Source: an uncultured Prolixibacteraceae bacterium (GTDB lineage Bacteria; Bacteroidota; Bacteroidia; Bacteroidales; FEN-979). From it: a stretch of 64,000 nucleotides of DNA. The notes under the pieces were generated by a model that worked only from the letters and a program-made list of their open reading frames with translations, was not told the origin of the DNA and ran no database searches. Below are positions 62,635 through 64,000 of the stretch, piece by piece (positions within the stretch are counted from its first letter, which is position 1; the number at the start of each line of letters is the position of its first letter). The position numbers and the translations under genes were made by a program. The stretch covers positions 65,722 to 129,721 of the forward strand of contig CAYYPH010000001.1 in assembly GCA_964473485.1 (NCBI GenBank). The letters are read 5' to 3'.

Positions 62635-64000
62635 TCTCTTTCAGGATCTTTGCAGGCCTCATCCTGCTACTGGCCATCGCAACGCCGCAGTTCGCCCAGC
62701 AGCCGGGACCTTCAACCACCAGCAAGAAGGCAGAGAAGCTCTTCTTTTCGGCCATTGAGGCTTACCAGGCGCGGAACTACGAAAAAGCCCTCGAGGATCT
62801 GGAAAAGGCGGTGACTGCCGATCCCAGGTTCATCGATGCATTTATTCTGCAGGGAGATATCTACTCCGACCTGCGAGAAACCGGAAAGGCCATACAATCC
62901 TACGAAAATGCTATCCGCACGAACCATCCGTTCAATCCGTCCCTCTACCTGATCCTGGCTAACCTGCAGCTCAGCCAGGGGTTCTACAGGGAGGCAAAGC
63001 TGAATTTTGAACGGGCTGCGGAATCACCCAACCTTACCCCGGCACGCAGGCAGCAAGCGGAGCAGGGGATCAGCGCGTGTTTCTTTGCCATCAGGATGAT
63101 GGCCGACCCCGTGCCCTTTTCGCCTGTCAACCTGGGCGACAGCATCAACAGCCTTTTCGATGAATATATCAATGCCATCAGCTCCGACGGCGAATGGCTT
63201 TACTTTACGCGGAAGAATCCGAAAAATGCGCAGACGGTCGATCAGAGCCGCGCCTTTGAGGAAGATTTCTACCATTCGCACAAGGCCGACTCCGGCTGGC
63301 GCCTGGCCCGGAACTTGGGGCCGCCGATCAACTCGCATGGCAACGAAGGCGCCCTCTCCATTTCGCCCGACGGCAAGTACCTCTTCTTTGCCGCCTGCAA
63401 CCGCGACGACGGCTACGGTAGCTGCGACATCTACTGGTCGCGCAGGGAGGGAACCCGCTGGAGCACGCCTGCAAACCTCGGGGGAACCGTCAATTCAAAC
63501 CAGTGGGATTCGCAGCCCTCTTTTTCCTCCGACGGAAAGACGCTCTATTTTGCCAGCAAAAGAGGGGGAGGGATGGGGAGTTCGGATATCTGGAAAACCA
63601 TGCTGGGAGCCGACGGATCGTGGAGCACACCAGTCAATCTGGGTGACAGTATCAACACCAAAGCCGAAGAGATGGCCCCGTTCATTCACCCCGACGATCA
63701 AACCCTCTATTTCTCCTCGAAAGGACACCAGGGTATGGGCGGGCTCGATCTTTTCTTTGCCCGGAAAGGTGCCGGCGGAAACTGGAGTTCCCCCACGAAT
63801 CTTGGCTTTCCCATCAACACCCACGCCGACGAGATCACACTGGTTGTCGACGCAAGGGGCGAGATCGCCTTTATCTCCAGTGACGTTTTTGGCGGTAAGG
63901 GGAGGCAGGATGTTTACATGTTCCCCTTGTACAAAGAGGCAAGGCCGGTATTGACAACCTATTTCAAAGGGATCGTGTTTGACGAAAAAACCAGCCGGCG
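62631..64000 (+). CDS. TPR plus TolB-like (PD40/WD40-like) beta-propeller repeat protein, 3' end outside the window
   Basis: Not in the ORF track because no stop falls inside the window. The ATG overlaps the queE stop (ATGA). It has a signal peptide (FRIFAGLILLLAIATPQFAQ), TPR helices, and repeated ..SPDGK.LFFA../..SSDGKTLYFAS../..HPDDQTLYFSS.. blades. I translated it by hand to the window end without meeting a stop. Confidence 0.7.
   Translation, partial: MISFRIFAGLILLLAIATPQFAQQPGPSTTSKKAEKLFFSAIEAYQARNYEKALEDLEKAVTADPRFIDAFILQGDIYSDLRETGKAIQSYENAIRTNHPFNPSLYLILANLQLSQGFYREAKLNFERAAESPNLTPARRQQAEQGISACFFAIRMMADPVPFSPVNLGDSINSLFDEYINAISSDGEWLYFTRKNPKNAQTVDQSRAFEEDFYHSHKADSGWRLARNLGPPINSHGNEGALSISPDGKYLFFAACNRDDGYGSCDIYWSRREGTRWSTPANLGGTVNSNQWDSQPSFSSDGKTLYFASKRGGGMGSSDIWKTMLGADGSWSTPVNLGDSINTKAEEMAPFIHPDDQTLYFSSKGHQGMGGLDLFFARKGAGGNWSSPTNLGFPINTHADEITLVVDARGEIAFISSDVFGGKGRQDVYMFPLYKEARPVLTTYFKGIVFDEKTSR

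Noticed and set aside
63160-63954. A 264-aa plus-strand ORF rich in R/P/T/S.
   Set aside because: It is out of frame within the TPR/PD40-repeat gene that starts at 62631. That frame gives a signal peptide and repeated beta-propeller motifs and stays open to the window end.

Overview
This 64-kb chromosomal segment reads as a Bacteroidota genome, probably an anaerobe. The evidence is three large secreted proteins with T9SS-type C-terminal sorting domains, TAnnTTTG -7 boxes, no obvious Shine-Dalgarno use, and a Bacteroides-type inositol-lipid cluster. Left part: a TolC-MFP-RND efflux operon, an inositol phospholipid/sphingolipid gene cluster, a short TetR and a DsrE-like pair. Middle, accessory-looking part: (1) a translationally coupled corrinoid protein / MtaA-family methyltransferase / soluble histidine kinase operon; (2) a ~2-kb tract of nested tandem repeats with no credible ORF; (3) an AT-rich remnant with a GNAT-like gene and a nonsense-disrupted XRE gene; (4) a DUF6266-like protein with a 47-aa basic peptide and a holin / GH108 lysozyme / u-spanin-like lysis cassette; (5) T9SS cargo genes, a photolyase and tag. 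The most notable feature is a ~12-kb run of 20 co-directional minus-strand genes (about 51.28 kb down to 39.21 kb) that looks like a metal(loid) island. It contains two arsR genes, thioredoxin/ArsF-like/ArsG-like genes, a rhodanese with Asp at the catalytic position, and an outer-membrane barrel. It also contains an uncharacterised HdrA-like / ferredoxin / DGC-GcvH fusion / DGC / DGC module, an arsC-arsM fusion, Cys-rich membrane proteins, hgcA-hgcB (mercury methylation) and acr3. Right part: housekeeping genes (pyrBI, argS, ffh, folD, queE). Many intergenic spacers are filled with 7-8-nt periodic AT-rich microsatellites, including an exact 26-nt dispersed repeat. I saw no rRNA, tRNA, CRISPR array, integrase or transposase by eye. 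All family assignments come from motif recognition without database searches.
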